Source: Tortispora ganteri (taxonomy: Eukaryota). From it: 64,000 nt of DNA. Below are positions 10,338 to 21,818 of the stretch, piece by piece. The stretch lies in assembly GCA_003707115.1 (NCBI GenBank), contig PPNB01000024.1, positions 1 to 64,000 of the forward strand, in the 5' to 3' direction. The stretch's first letter is position 1, and each line of letters begins with the position of its first letter. The position numbers were made by a program, and so were the translations under genes. Below the pieces are notes generated by a model. That model saw only the letters and a program-made list of their open reading frames with translations. It made no database searches and was not told the DNA's origin.

Positions 10338-12731
10338 TTATGGGAGCATCAGGGCCAGTCCGCCGATCGCAAAGCATATGATGGTCAGGAACACAACGTA
10401 CACCAGACCCTGATGCCACCAGGATGGGGTTTCAGATCTTTCCAGGAAGAGCACCATAGCTGCAAATCCTAATACAACTGAAAACGCCAAACCAATAGCT
10501 ACTGCTATTGTCTCGCTTAACGTTTCAAGTCCACCAACCATTATGCCAGCCACGATCGACAACACAGTGATAGACATAAAAAATAACGTGCTGTAAACGA
10601 ATGTCAGCATTTCGTCTCTTCGTGCAAGCGCATGGCTGTTGTTGTAGTCTATATGATATTGAGATTCGTATACTCCTGCATCTGACAGCGGATCGATATC
10701 ATCTACGGAATTCGTGTCGGTCGAAACGGCTCCGTAATGCCCCTCTGGAGAGGAACGCGAAAACAGTGTGCTTTCCTCATCGTAGTCGGTACTGTCCCAT
10801 CTGAAGTCTCTGAAATGTGTCTTATTCTTCCTTTTCGGGTTAATCCACAGAATAAGTCGGTTAATTGTGTCCAGGACCTGAGAAGTAAACGAGTTTGCAG
10901 CGCCAGCAACTCCAAAACTGTAGTCAGAAAAATCGTCAATTGGAATTGTAAACTTCCCCCTGTTTTCGTCAAAAGCATCTCCATCCTCGGGATCGTCAAA
11001 CTCGTTCCAGTACCTAACAATTGGCTGATTCTGCTTCAAAGAGTCACGCGTGATCGCAGATCCAGTGTCGCTCGCAGAGCCAGGACTGCTGCCATGTGAA
11101 TCATAGTGATCCTGAGATGAACGTGGTACCTTCAGAGAACCATTAAGACATTGGTCTGAGTTTTGTCGAGACAGCTTGTGGCTCTCTTTGTATCTTTTTA
11201 GTCTCTGTGAGGTTCCCACTTCGGGATATGTCACTTTAGGTTCTGACGGTGTTTGCCTGATGTCTGTGTCAACTAATGATATCCACGCGGGTGCCTTAAT
11301 GAGCGCGTTTGCGTAATAAATAGCCACCGTGTGTACAAATAAAGAAAATTCGGAAACTTTCTTTACTAGGTGCGATTGCGTAAGTTGTTCGTCAATCCAG
11401 ACAGGCTTCCGTCCCGTCCATTTTATTTCGAGGACTGCATTAGGGAATTCTGTGCTTTCCAAAGGACTGTTGTGAAGACAGTTTTTATCCTCTCCGTTCA
11501 ATTTTTCGCAGACTATATTTGTATTCAGTGCAGCCCATGTCTTAGAAGCGAATGACGCCGATTGCTCCGCGTTCACTTCAGTATCGCTGTGAAATCTAGT
11601 GCGAGTAGTTCTGACTGCAGAGATAGGTGAAATGTTACGAGAAGCGATCCAGTCAACAGCAAGTTTGGCCTCATAAGAATCATTCAGCTGTGTGATTTTT
11701 TGTCGTTCTTCAGGTATGAACATGTTTTTGGCCTGTTTAGCGGGGATAACAGCTACTACAGAGTACCTGATTCCTCCTACTGGGGCAAACACAATCGACT
11801 CTTCGGACTCTGGTTCAGTTTGTTGCATGTCTTTGTCGCTAGCGTCGTCCTCGTCCTCACCACCTTCAGCGTCATATTTATCACATGGGTTGCCAATAAA
11901 CTGAGGAAATATAATTTGAGGAGGCTCGGATCTGTCTTGGACTGAGATTAGCTTTTTAGGGTCCTCTATGTATACTATGCGAGATTGGAACGCAGATAAT
12001 TTGGACGCGTGTGGAGTAGACGCGTAATTGATGCCCTGAGAAGACACTAAAGTCAAGTTATTCAGCAGAATAAGCTCTACTTCAAGTACGTGATCTGGGT
12101 GCACCCAGAATGAGATCGAACCGGAAGGAGGGTCTTTGAGGGCGGATATCTCGAATGTGACATCTCGAGGGAAAGAGGTATTTATAGAAGTGATTGGTTT
12201 TAGGTCCGGTGTTCGAAGCGCATCAAAAAGCATTGAAACTTCAAGGAAGTTTGCAGTGAGGTCCTTGCGAGCGAATGATTTGGAATCTTCCAAGATTGGC
12301 AGGAACTTCTTAATGAGCTCATTTGATTTCGACCACTTCTTGTGCTTTTTGAGAAGTTTTCTAAACCCTGTCAACTGGACACCTATAAATCTGCTTAACT
12401 TTTGCAATTCCTGTGATATCGATATGATTTCGGAATCCAGACGGGCAGCCCTCACGGAGTGTCCTTCGATCGCTGGCGGGTTAGTGCTAGAATTGATAAT
12501 CTTAGTGCACTTATTGATTCTGGAATCGATCTCTTTCGACTTCAACTGCACAAACATATTAATTGTCTCTAATTGCGCCTTCATGGCCTGAAATACATCA
12601 TCAACAGTTACAGTTGAGGGCTTCGACGACGAAGTAGCTTTCTTTATCAGATCTTTGATTTCTTCATAATCTAAATCATAAGCCCACCATTCGGGCACAG
12701 ATCTGGCATGTATAGCCTGGCCGTATTTCAT
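10338..12731 (-). CDS. VTC5: SPX-domain vacuolar transporter chaperone regulatory subunit
   Basis: N-terminal SPX (MKYG..SVPEW..YEEIK; GFRKLLKKHKK), degenerate VTC domain (FPNAVLEIKW), RYWNEFD, three C-terminal TM helices. Confidence 0.8.
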   Translation of the reverse strand: MKYGQAIHARSVPEWWAYDLDYEEIKDLIKKATSSSKPSTVTVDDVFQAMKAQLETINMFVQLKSKEIDSRINKCTKIINSSTNPPAIEGHSVRAARLDSEIISISQELQKLSRFIGVQLTGFRKLLKKHKKWSKSNELIKKFLPILEDSKSFARKDLTANFLEVSMLFDALRTPDLKPITSINTSFPRDVTFEISALKDPPSGSISFWVHPDHVLEVELILLNNLTLVSSQGINYASTPHASKLSAFQSRIVYIEDPKKLISVQDRSEPPQIIFPQFIGNPCDKYDAEGGEDEDDASDKDMQQTEPESEESIVFAPVGGIRYSVVAVIPAKQAKNMFIPEERQKITQLNDSYEAKLAVDWIASRNISPISAVRTTRTRFHSDTEVNAEQSASFASKTWAALNTNIVCEKLNGEDKNCLHNSPLESTEFPNAVLEIKWTGRKPVWIDEQLTQSHLVKKVSEFSLFVHTVAIYYANALIKAPAWISLVDTDIRQTPSEPKVTYPEVGTSQRLKRYKESHKLSRQNSDQCLNGSLKVPRSSQDHYDSHGSSPGSASDTGSAITRDSLKQNQPIVRYWNEFDDPEDGDAFDENRGKFTIPIDDFSDYSFGVAGAANSFTSQVLDTINRLILWINPKRKNKTHFRDFRWDSTDYDEESTLFSRSSPEGHYGAVSTDTNSVDDIDPLSDAGVYESQYHIDYNNSHALARRDEMLTFVYSTLFFMSITVLSIVAGIMVGGLETLSETIAVAIGLAFSVVLGFAAMVLFLERSETPSWWHQGLVYVVFLTIICFAIGGLALMLP

Positions 12732-13208
12732 GACCTATTTTAGCAAAATGTTTGCTTTTTAAATTTATCTAATGTTTCTTCTCCTTCGAGAACGACTAAA
12801 CTTGCACTGAAACAGTATGAATCAATGCAATGGCTATACGATAAGCACGTGTCAAGGGAAAATGTGTTTAAATGAACGGAATCTTGCAACGAAAACAGCT
12901 GCCAAAGAACGATCACTGATATACCACTAAATAACAATAGTGCGAATAAACAGTTCAATACCTTCCGGCTTAAATAAATAGATTGAATATAAATAAGAAG
13001 AGGTAGAAAACGTGGTCTAAGCTTTACACCAAAAGCTTACGGAGGTAGGTTATAACGGCTTGCAGGAATCAGTGAAAAAGTTAATTTGTACGGCCGGGTT
13101 AAACCCTATACCCTGCTACAGTAAAAAGTGTTACTCGCCGTACTGGTTTTTCTTGCTCGATTGAGAAGCGCAGACGTCTAGAAGATTAGTCATTCCCGCG
13201 CTGCAAGC

Positions 13209-14957
13209 ATGCCTACGTCTATTGGAGATGTTGATGAGTTGATACAGGCACTCAGTAATAGCCAGTCAATTGATGAGTCTGTAAAGGATGTCACCTCAAA
13301 GGTTACAAAGTCCTTGCTGGACTCCGTCGTTACATCGTACTCTGTGCTAGATCAGCTATATGTAAATGATCTCGATGCCGAGCAGGTATGGGAACAAGTG
13401 CGTATGGTTGTTGAAGGTGCTGTGCGAAAGGCACCTAAAGTCACAGTTGAGGAACCTGACGAATTTGAGGTCTCAGATGAAGAATCGATCCATGATGACG
13501 AAGACGAGTTGTCTGAAACCAGCGAGGCCGGCGACAGTGAGGTCGATGCGGAAAATAAAGAAGAATTAGAAGATCTCAGTGAGCAGTCGGGCTCGGAATC
13601 TGGACAAGACTCTATTGCTGATGATACGTCGGATTACAAAAAGGACCGGTTTGGTTTGAACGACGGATTCTTTTCAATAGACGAATTTAACAAAGCAACT
13701 TTGGAAGCTGAAAGACAGGATCAGGAGGCGTTTGGATCTAACGACGAACTTTACGATGATAACGACGATTATGACGACGATGATGATATAAAATACGAGG
13801 ATTTCTTCGCTCCTCCAAAGGCTACTGGTGCGAACAGAAAAAAACAGAAGACTAAATCCGTCCAATTTGCTGACAGTGAGGATAGCGCTTTCGAAGGTCT
13901 TACTACTGAAGTGACACTAGATCAGCACGAGCATGTAATGCAGAGTTCTCTTGCGGACTTGTTTGATAGTGAATCCGAGAGAGAAGACGATGTCCCTGAT
14001 AATGACAGAACCGTATCAAGGTATCAAAGAAGTCAGAATGCCTTGCTTGATGAAATACGACGGCTGGAACGCGAGAATGTTGCCGAAAAGGATTGGCAGC
14101 TTCGTGGTGAAGTCAAAGGACGAGATCGACCTCTGAATGCACTTGTTGATGAAGACCTTGAATTCGAAAGAGGTGCTAAACCTGTGCCTGTCATTTCTCA
14201 GGAAGTTACTGACTCGTTAGAAGATATGATTCGCAAACGAATTTCTAACAGCCAGTTTGACGATATTGCTAGGCGCATACCAGATTCTGTTCCTGAGTTC
14301 AACGGAAGTCGTCGAGTTGAAGTTTCCGAATCTAAATCAGAAAAGTCTCTTGCAGAAGTCTATGAGGATGACTACAAAAGACGAGTGGATCCCGAACAAT
14401 ATACAGACCCTGTTGACAACAAACTTAAGCAAGAGCATGCAGAGATTGAGCAACTTTTCAATGACATTGTGTACAAACTTGATGCGTTATCATCTTGGAA
14501 CTTCACGCCAAAGGCGCCTTCCGCAAATATCAGCATTGTTTCGAACGTCGATACTATCCAGATGGAGGATGCTCAACCGTCTACATTTGCATCAGAGCAT
14601 GCGTTGGCTCCGCACGAGGTCTACAATCCACAGGAGGAGAATTCTTCGAAGGATACTATTATACGTCGTTCAAACTTGCCCTCGAGCCGTGCCGAGCTCA
14701 CAAAAGAAGAGCGTAAAAGGCTCCGAAGACAAGTTAAAGAGAAACAGAGTCGTGTGGCATATGCCAAAGCCGAGAAACGGCGAGCACAGGCTCAGATTGC
14801 TGAGCAGCGTGGAATCACTAACAAAGCAAGCATTGCTGAAACCCTTAAACGCGGGAACGTGACGGTGATTGGTAAATCAGGTGAGAAACGCACAATTGAC
14901 GGCAAGGCTAAGCATAAGGAAGGAAGAAAACCCTTGGGATCAGGATTCAAATTGTGA
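13209..14957 (+). CDS. MPP10: U3 snoRNP / SSU processome component Mpp10
   Basis: LDAEQVWEQ, GLNDGFFSIDEFN, WQLRGEVK..DRPLNAL, LDALSSWNFTPK. Confidence 0.95.
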   Translation: MPTSIGDVDELIQALSNSQSIDESVKDVTSKVTKSLLDSVVTSYSVLDQLYVNDLDAEQVWEQVRMVVEGAVRKAPKVTVEEPDEFEVSDEESIHDDEDELSETSEAGDSEVDAENKEELEDLSEQSGSESGQDSIADDTSDYKKDRFGLNDGFFSIDEFNKATLEAERQDQEAFGSNDELYDDNDDYDDDDDIKYEDFFAPPKATGANRKKQKTKSVQFADSEDSAFEGLTTEVTLDQHEHVMQSSLADLFDSESEREDDVPDNDRTVSRYQRSQNALLDEIRRLERENVAEKDWQLRGEVKGRDRPLNALVDEDLEFERGAKPVPVISQEVTDSLEDMIRKRISNSQFDDIARRIPDSVPEFNGSRRVEVSESKSEKSLAEVYEDDYKRRVDPEQYTDPVDNKLKQEHAEIEQLFNDIVYKLDALSSWNFTPKAPSANISIVSNVDTIQMEDAQPSTFASEHALAPHEVYNPQEENSSKDTIIRRSNLPSSRAELTKEERKRLRRQVKEKQSRVAYAKAEKRRAQAQIAEQRGITNKASIAETLKRGNVTVIGKSGEKRTIDGKAKHKEGRKPLGSGFKL

Positions 14958-15382
14958 ACTACGCTAGTTGCATTCTGTCTAGTAGTGAGCAGTCTATTGC
15001 TTGTCCATAAAAGAGTCTACTCTGTATAAAAAATGAGACTGATAGGACTACGGAGCGGAACCGCTGGAAGTCTTTCTGCGGACTCTCGTTATTTCGGTTC
15101 CTAGAATACTTTAAGGATTCACCCCCCAGGTTGGGATAGGTTACCGCTTTTAATTGGCTGTATTCACGGAAGGATTCGGGGGATCTAGTTTCAGGTGTTT
15201 GGCAACTTTAATTTTTGCGGGGAAGACGTCAAAGTCGTGTGATATTTAGAGAAAGTAAGGGTCGCCGACGGTTCCGATTCATAACGAACACTAATTATAT
15301 AAAATGAGCAGTTTAATTGCTGCTATTCTTTCATTTAAGTCTTTTCTCAGAGAACCTGAAGGTAGAAATTAGCCTGTAAAAA

Positions 15383-16003
15383 ATGCCTTTAACATTATCA
15401 TACTTGCATTCCAAAGACATACATGAGAAGACAGCCATGCTTATAGGCACGAATAAAGAGCACCTAGACAAAGCCATTGACTCAGTAGTGGCCGCGAATC
15501 AATTTGTGAGGGTCTACGTTGTAGCACCTGTTGAGCTAACTAACATTTACAAAGATGACAAACGAGTGATTTCACTCGATGTGAACCTGAAGAGCCCGAG
15601 TGCCTGTGCATTGCGTGCAGCCGACGTTGTCCAATATATCCCACGGCTTGACTTAATAGTATGCTGTGTGGAGTCGAGACATTATGCGCCGGGCATCGAA
15701 TACTTGATCACTGACATCCTGCCTTTGGCAGATCAATCTGCAGGCAAGTATGGTTCATGCGAGATCATCATTGACCGTACCGCCACTCCCCTACTCGAAT
15801 CACCGTCTTCGACGTCTATTAGCTCGATTGATAGCTACCAGCCACGACATGAGAACGAGTTTCAGCTTGAGTTCAGGATCCGCGCGGCTATTCATCGTTC
15901 CTGTACCAATCCCGTTTCTTTGATATCCAAGTCGATGGATGCCATGGATCATCCACAAACCACGCATCACAAAATTTCCGAAACTGCCAGTGTTTTGGTT
16001 TGA
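15383..16003 (+). CDS. Hypothetical protein, possibly a degenerate SDR-like Rossmann fold
   Basis: 206-aa ATG ORF, TATAAAA ~85 bp upstream; LDVNLKS and PRLDLIVCC resemble SDR strands, but cofactor and catalytic motifs are absent. Confidence 0.6.
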   Translation: MPLTLSYLHSKDIHEKTAMLIGTNKEHLDKAIDSVVAANQFVRVYVVAPVELTNIYKDDKRVISLDVNLKSPSACALRAADVVQYIPRLDLIVCCVESRHYAPGIEYLITDILPLADQSAGKYGSCEIIIDRTATPLLESPSSTSISSIDSYQPRHENEFQLEFRIRAAIHRSCTNPVSLISKSMDAMDHPQTTHHKISETASVLV

Positions 16004-16247
16004 ACCTTTTTTAACGCTATAGTAATAATGCCACCATTCTATTTACACTAATTTTTGTCTTTCGTTATAGATCAATAGTTGCTAATTGTTATATTTATTA
16101 TAGTATCATAGTAATAAATTAACGAAACTGTTTAATGAAATTACATAGAGTATGGTGCCAATAGAACTAATGTGTGAACTTATTGGAGAATTGTTTTTCC
16201 CAATTTCCACCCAACAGACACATGTGAATACCATATTCGATTGCCCC

Positions 16248-16823
16248 ATGAACCATAGTAAAGACGATTTAAACGGCAAAAGTGGTAAAGAAACACCACT
16301 GGAACGAGAAAATTCAGACGAAGATGATTTGCTAAGCACTAATTCGTCCGAAATACCGCGTCGAATACCTACACACCACGACAAACTATGGGCAGAACTA
16401 GATATGCTGACTGAACTAGACGCGCAGGCGGAACAGGTGATCGCCGAGGGTAGCTTCTTCGGAAAGAAACACAGCGATGTAATAGACGTCTTAGAGAAGG
16501 CACAGTTAAATTTTAGGGAAGTTCTCTCTAGAACAGAGGAGCAGCTGCAGGAACAGCTTCGTACCTCTAGAAGCAACATGAACAGCCTGCGCGAGCCCGT
16601 AGAACCTTACACGGCAAAACCCGCCACAGAACCCAACTCAAATGACTCACCGGAGATAGAAAACTCGGACCAAATACGTTCTGTACTCTTTGATAAGGAA
16701 ACGACCCGCGTAGTAGAGTCCGCTGTCGATCAGGTAATCGCAGCACTCAAGGAGACTAGCCAGGTTATGCAATCGTACGAAGAGCAGGCTAAAGATATAT
16801 GGAACGATCCTACAACCGAATGA
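16248..16823 (+). CDS. Fungal hypothetical coiled-coil protein (possibly DUF5315-like)
   Basis: DKLWAELDML..GSFF..H..L..AQ block; probable start 16248 (ORF open from 16152). Confidence 0.6.
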   Translation: MNHSKDDLNGKSGKETPLERENSDEDDLLSTNSSEIPRRIPTHHDKLWAELDMLTELDAQAEQVIAEGSFFGKKHSDVIDVLEKAQLNFREVLSRTEEQLQEQLRTSRSNMNSLREPVEPYTAKPATEPNSNDSPEIENSDQIRSVLFDKETTRVVESAVDQVIAALKETSQVMQSYEEQAKDIWNDPTTE

Positions 16824-16869
16824 ATAACATAAACACAATGAGTGGCCACTTACTATACTAAACTAAGCG

Positions 16870-17964
16870 TCACGGACAGTCCGGTGACGGAGAGGTCTCG
16901 ACCGACGTAGGAACGTCAGACTGTTTCCGTCTGCGACGCCTCTGCCGGGCCACCCATCCGGAAACTCCTTTAGACACATTCTCCAAGAGGTTGGCTCCAG
17001 TGTACCGCGAGACAAAGTCGTTCACAATGTCCGACGGAGACCCAGGAATTGACTCCTCTTGAAAATCAGAGACCGGAGTAGCAGAGTCATTATCAAGGCT
17101 GCGACTGCTGCTCGAAGGAAGAGAAGACCTCAAACCGCGAGACCTTTTAGACGCTTTCTCCGCTTCCAGCACAACATCTTCGAGCTCGCTCGCTTTGCGT
17201 TTGCGCAAAGTTTGGTTAGACTGCCGTGGTGACAGCCGATTCAGTATACCGCCAGCCAAGTGCTTGTGCTGGAAGGCATCTAGCCAATCACCAAAGCTCT
17301 TTTTCAACTCGAGCTCGTTCTTTTTCAACCACGATATATTCAGTTCCTGTCGTGTGGCACCGCGAGCAAAGTTTCGCATTAGATACTTGTCGTAATCACG
17401 AATGATTTTAGTAATGATATCGGACGTGGACACGCCCTCTGTCCTTTGCGTAGCGAGGAACTGTCCTTTCTTCTTGATTGGCTCATAAATGTCCGGATTG
17501 TCGCCCGTAACATATGGAAGATCGTCGTGCGCAACATAGTCGATCTTATTTTTCTCAAGGAACTCGGGCGTCACTATCCACGGTGCGTTCTCAATCACCT
17601 CGTCTACCCATCGGCAGTGTCGCAAAGACTCCGCGCGCTGTTCTGCCGTGAGGACAGTCAACCCTTTCCTTTTATGCGTCTCAACGTCGCTCGGCAGGCC
17701 TACTACTAGTACAGCGTTAGGAAACGCCTTCTTTGCTTGCTCCAGCTGCTTCATGTGCCCAAGATGAAACAGATCAAAGACGCCATCCGCGTATACTCTT
17801 ACCGGCCGATCCGATGCGGGCGCATTCATAGTGTATCCAGTGGGAACATATTTGGCATATGGAGAATCAGAATCCTTCGTAATCACCCCATTTGAGATTT
17901 CGCCCTTCGACGCTTTCTTCTTTGCAGCCTCCTTTTTTACTTTTTTGTTCTCGCTTCTAGCCAT
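16870..17964 (-). CDS. PCT1: Choline-phosphate cytidylyltransferase
   Basis: [40 protein letters not shown]; possible 5'UTR intron 18040-17984 (GTGGGT..GCTGAC..TAG). Confidence 0.97.
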   Translation of the reverse strand: MARSENKKVKKEAAKKKASKGEISNGVITKDSDSPYAKYVPTGYTMNAPASDRPVRVYADGVFDLFHLGHMKQLEQAKKAFPNAVLVVGLPSDVETHKRKGLTVLTAEQRAESLRHCRWVDEVIENAPWIVTPEFLEKNKIDYVAHDDLPYVTGDNPDIYEPIKKKGQFLATQRTEGVSTSDIITKIIRDYDKYLMRNFARGATRQELNISWLKKNELELKKSFGDWLDAFQHKHLAGGILNRLSPRQSNQTLRKRKASELEDVVLEAEKASKRSRGLRSSLPSSSSRSLDNDSATPVSDFQEESIPGSPSDIVNDFVSRYTGANLLENVSKGVSGWVARQRRRRRKQSDVPTSVETSPSPDCP

Positions 17965-18578
17965 ATCCAACTAAACACAACACCTATTCTGTCAGCAATG
18001 GTCTTCAATCTAAAACAACAAGGTCAATTACTCTACCCACCGATTTTGTCGCTATCGAGACTCTGCAATTAGGGGCAAGTCGCAGGTTCAGTCGGGCCCA
18101 GGCAGTCAAGTCGCAAAGAAAGGCTGCTTGGGCTGCCGGGGATAGGAGTTGCAAATCACGTGACAATCAACATGTGGGTGTTTTTAACGCCTTGTGTAGG
18201 CTTTTCTCTCGCGGTATTTTCTCTAGTGCAGCACTATAAAACCTAGTCCAGAAATACAGAACTGTGAAATTGGGCTGTTAATACGTTTATCTATTATATG
18301 AAACAGCGTCCAGATGCACGTTCGATACCTGCGTCATGATCGCCGCCTTCGTTGTTTGCGTGTACCGCAGTCTGCAAAGCTAGTTCACCCTAGACCCTAT
18401 CAAGCACTCCGTTAGAGTCTTGTTAATACCCCCTATACGACCACGGATATTCTTCAAGCCGTCGAGCTGTTGACCGTATTGAGACGTTAAGTAAGCAGAT
18501 ATTCTGGCAGATAATCTCGGAATACTTTGAAACATTTGGAACGCTCTTAACTGATCAGCTGCGTCAGATCTTTAAGAC

Positions 18579-21019
18579 ATGGCAGAGGTACAAATTTACA
18601 AAGCCATCTATTCAGGTGTAAGTATACATACATAAGCGGTGCTTTTCTGGTAGGAATATTTGCCGCCCAGAGCAGGGTTGGCGCTCCAGATATAGGCATC
18701 AGAGTCTTCGGCAGTGAGTAGTGACCTGCTGTATGCGGCAAAATGCCAAATTCACATGTACTAACATGAAATTAGGTGCCTGTGTACGAGATAATGGTGA
18801 ATAATGTAGCCGTCATGCGACGGCGCGCAGATGGCTGGTGTAACGCTACACAGATCTTAAAGATCGCAAATTTTGACAAGCCACAGCGGACGAGAATCTT
18901 GGAACGCGAAGTTCAAATAGGACAGCACGAAAAGGTCCAAGGCGGATACGGCAAGTACCAGGGCACCTGGATACCGATAGACCGGTCAATTGAACTGGCC
19001 ACTAAGTACAAGGTTTTTGATGCTATGAAACCTATACTGGAATACGAGCCCACTGCGGAGTCTCCCCCACTTGCTCCTAAACACGTCTCTGCGGCCAAAC
19101 GGGAAGGATCAACCCGCGGCAGGGGACGTGGACGTGGGCGTGGTGGCTCTACTGGTTCTACGCGCGGCGGCAGGAAGAGCTCGAAATCTACTCCTGCCCC
19201 GGCCTCCTCACATTTTCCGTCATTAGTTGCTGCTGCGTCAATGGCAGATAGCGAAATTGATTCAGCGTCAGTTTCGTCAATATCCTCTATTTCAGAAGGC
19301 GATAACGATCCAACGCGTCCCTTTCACTTCCCTCCTCCAGCTTACGGCCATTCTCCGAGTGGCCCGCTGTCTCCGCGAACCGATTATGCGAACAAATTGC
19401 TTGACTACTTTATGACTGCCGATGACTCGAGCATCCCTGAATTCTTGCTGAACCCTCCAAAAGACTTTAATATCAACCAAGTGATAGACGATGAAGGTCA
19501 TACTGCCTTCCACTGGGCCTGCGCAATGGGTCATGTAAATGTAATGCGAGTGCTAATAAATGCCGGCGCAGATATTAGGGCTACCAACAACTCCGGACAA
19601 ACTCCTTTAGTACGCGCAATCATGTTCACGAATAATTACGATTGGCGCACGTTCCCGCAAGTACTCGATCTCCTAATAGAGACAGTCTTCATGCTTGACA
19701 GGTATAGACAGAACATATTTCATCACATTGCTACGACAACATGCCTTAAGTCCAAATGTGCCGCTGCTCTGTATTACAGCGAGGTAACTCTTACAAAGTT
19801 TGCGTTAATACAGTCTGATCAAATGACTGGCAGCGTTCAAAACATGAGTTCAGACGCTCTCAACTTGTTACAGTCACAGGATCTGGACGGAGACACTCCG
19901 CTGACTATTGCTGCACGCAATGGTGCCAGGCCCTTAGTAAAGTGTTTCCTAGCCTACAATTGTGATCCTACGATTCCTAATACTCAAGGCCACACAGCTC
20001 AAGATTATATCACAGAACACGAGAATAACAGACGATTACTCCATGCAGCGAGAAATAATTACACACGTGCACAACACGGTGCATACCCTGAAGTTGTTTG
20101 GCCCGACATCAGTAAGAGTTCATCATCACCGCCCATGGCGTTGCTGCATAAGCAACACCACCTCGATGAAAACGTGAATGGCTCATATGACCACCAGCTC
20201 GCTGCTACAGTGCCAGTACCTCACCTATCCGAGACTGCTATTCATGCGTCGCAGGAGTTTTTGCCAACGATGGCCGAGCACCTCGAAGCTCTTGCGAAAG
20301 CGTATGACGCAGAATTGGAGGACAAAGAGGCCGACCACTCGCAAGCGCAACTGCTGGTTGAGTCTATGAGAGAAGAGATGGCTGCCTGCGAGGCTTCAAT
20401 AAAAGATGTGCTGAATTGGGAAAAAGACAGCGACGAACCTAAAGCCAGAAACAACAGTCTAGAGACGATTAAAGAACAGGCCGAGATTCCAGATGGCGAT
20501 ACGAGCGGTGCAAACGACAGCGATAGGCAGAATGATAAAAGTAACCAAAGTGACTCTTTGAATTCTCAGAGCACAGAACGGATTAATATTCTGGTAGCGA
20601 ATGCATCCCAGGTGCTGGAATCGAAGTCGCGAGCTGTGGAAGAGCTGATGAAGACGAGAAGCAAGCAGCTGCGCAAGCTACTCGAACGGACACAAGCCCG
20701 CGACCTTGCGGAGATTGTTCAAAACGAAGAAATGAAAATGCACGATGAGATTGAGTGCGCTATGACCAATGGCGACAAAGAGACTCAGCAAGGAGAACGC
20801 GAAGCGCTAATTTCGGAGCTATACGCGCTGCAGGAGGAGCGTCAGCAGTCTCTTGGAGACATTGTTGAGTTGTGGTCGAATGCCGGTGTTGGTGAGAAGA
20901 TGACAGACTATAGACGTCTTATTTCACTGTCCTGTGGGGTCAAGCCTGACGATATCGATTGGCTGCTGGACGGGATAATGCAAGCGCTGTCCGGAGAAAC
21001 TGAAGAGCTGCGGTTCTAA
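18579..21019 (+). CDS. MBP1: APSES/ankyrin G1/S transcription factor (MBF/SBF DNA-binding subunit); exons 18579-18617 and 18776-21019
   Basis: Intron 18618-18775 GTAAGT..TACTAAC..TAG restores MAEVQIYKAIYSGVPVYE; NATQILK, HEKVQGGYGKYQGTW, ankyrin repeats. Mbp1 versus Swi4 assignment is by resemblance only. Confidence 0.88.
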
Positions 21020-21818
21020 GTAAATCCTGCTTATTTAGAGATCAGTGTGGATACGAGGTTGCTAGGCTCAATACATAATGAATGCATGGGCTACCGCAGA
21101 AGCGTAGCCTTGCCTTAACGTCTAAATCAATTGCCCACACATGAGTTAAAGCGTGGGGGGCCGAGGGGGAGTGGAGGAAGTAGGCGCCGAAGTGGTCGGC
21201 TAAAACCTTAATTGGACATTAAGGCATAGCATAGCGGAATTGTAAATGTATAGATGTCACCCCAGTATTCCATGCAGTCATACTGCTATTCTGGTAATCA
21301 AAATATTGAATTAGACGTACTCTACAGTAGCTATTGTAGATGTCTCAAGTCAATTAGCCATGGGAATAACATTACATAAGGCAAAAAGTACTATTGGCTC
21401 ATGTGCACATCCAGATCACCGAAACCTACTCTACCTAACAGGAAATTCCCAATACCTTATCAGTAATAAAGTTTATAGATCCGAACCTGGACTCTCTAAT
21501 CATGTAATCGGAGTTCATCGGCAAATACCTCGGTTACTTTTCATAGAGTCATTTAATTTTTTGATTTTACCACAACTTCATTGTTTAGTTCACGAAAAGA
21601 CATTTTTAAGACGCCGATACAGCTGGTTTAGCGCCATAAATTGCTCTAACTGCGGGTTTATTGATGCTACACTCACATTGAAACCCCGATCTGCGAAATA
21701 ACTCATTGTGACCATCCCACACATCTATACGTCCGTTGATCCGCCAGAATTTTAAAGCGCAATCTGTATCGCCGATCTACAACACCGTCCTTCTGCTGAA
21801 ACGACGACATCATTTACC

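Noticed and set aside
14946..14957. Mpp10 C-terminal FKL as a PTS1
   Set aside because: Nucleolar protein whose family commonly ends in xKL
18316..18335. tRNA T-arm / B-box-like GTTCGATAC
   Set aside because: No acceptor, D or anticodon arms; no tRNA gene was found in the window
21360..21701. 113-aa ORF upstream of STD1
   Set aside because: No recognisable motif and AT-rich promoter-like composition; at most a uORF
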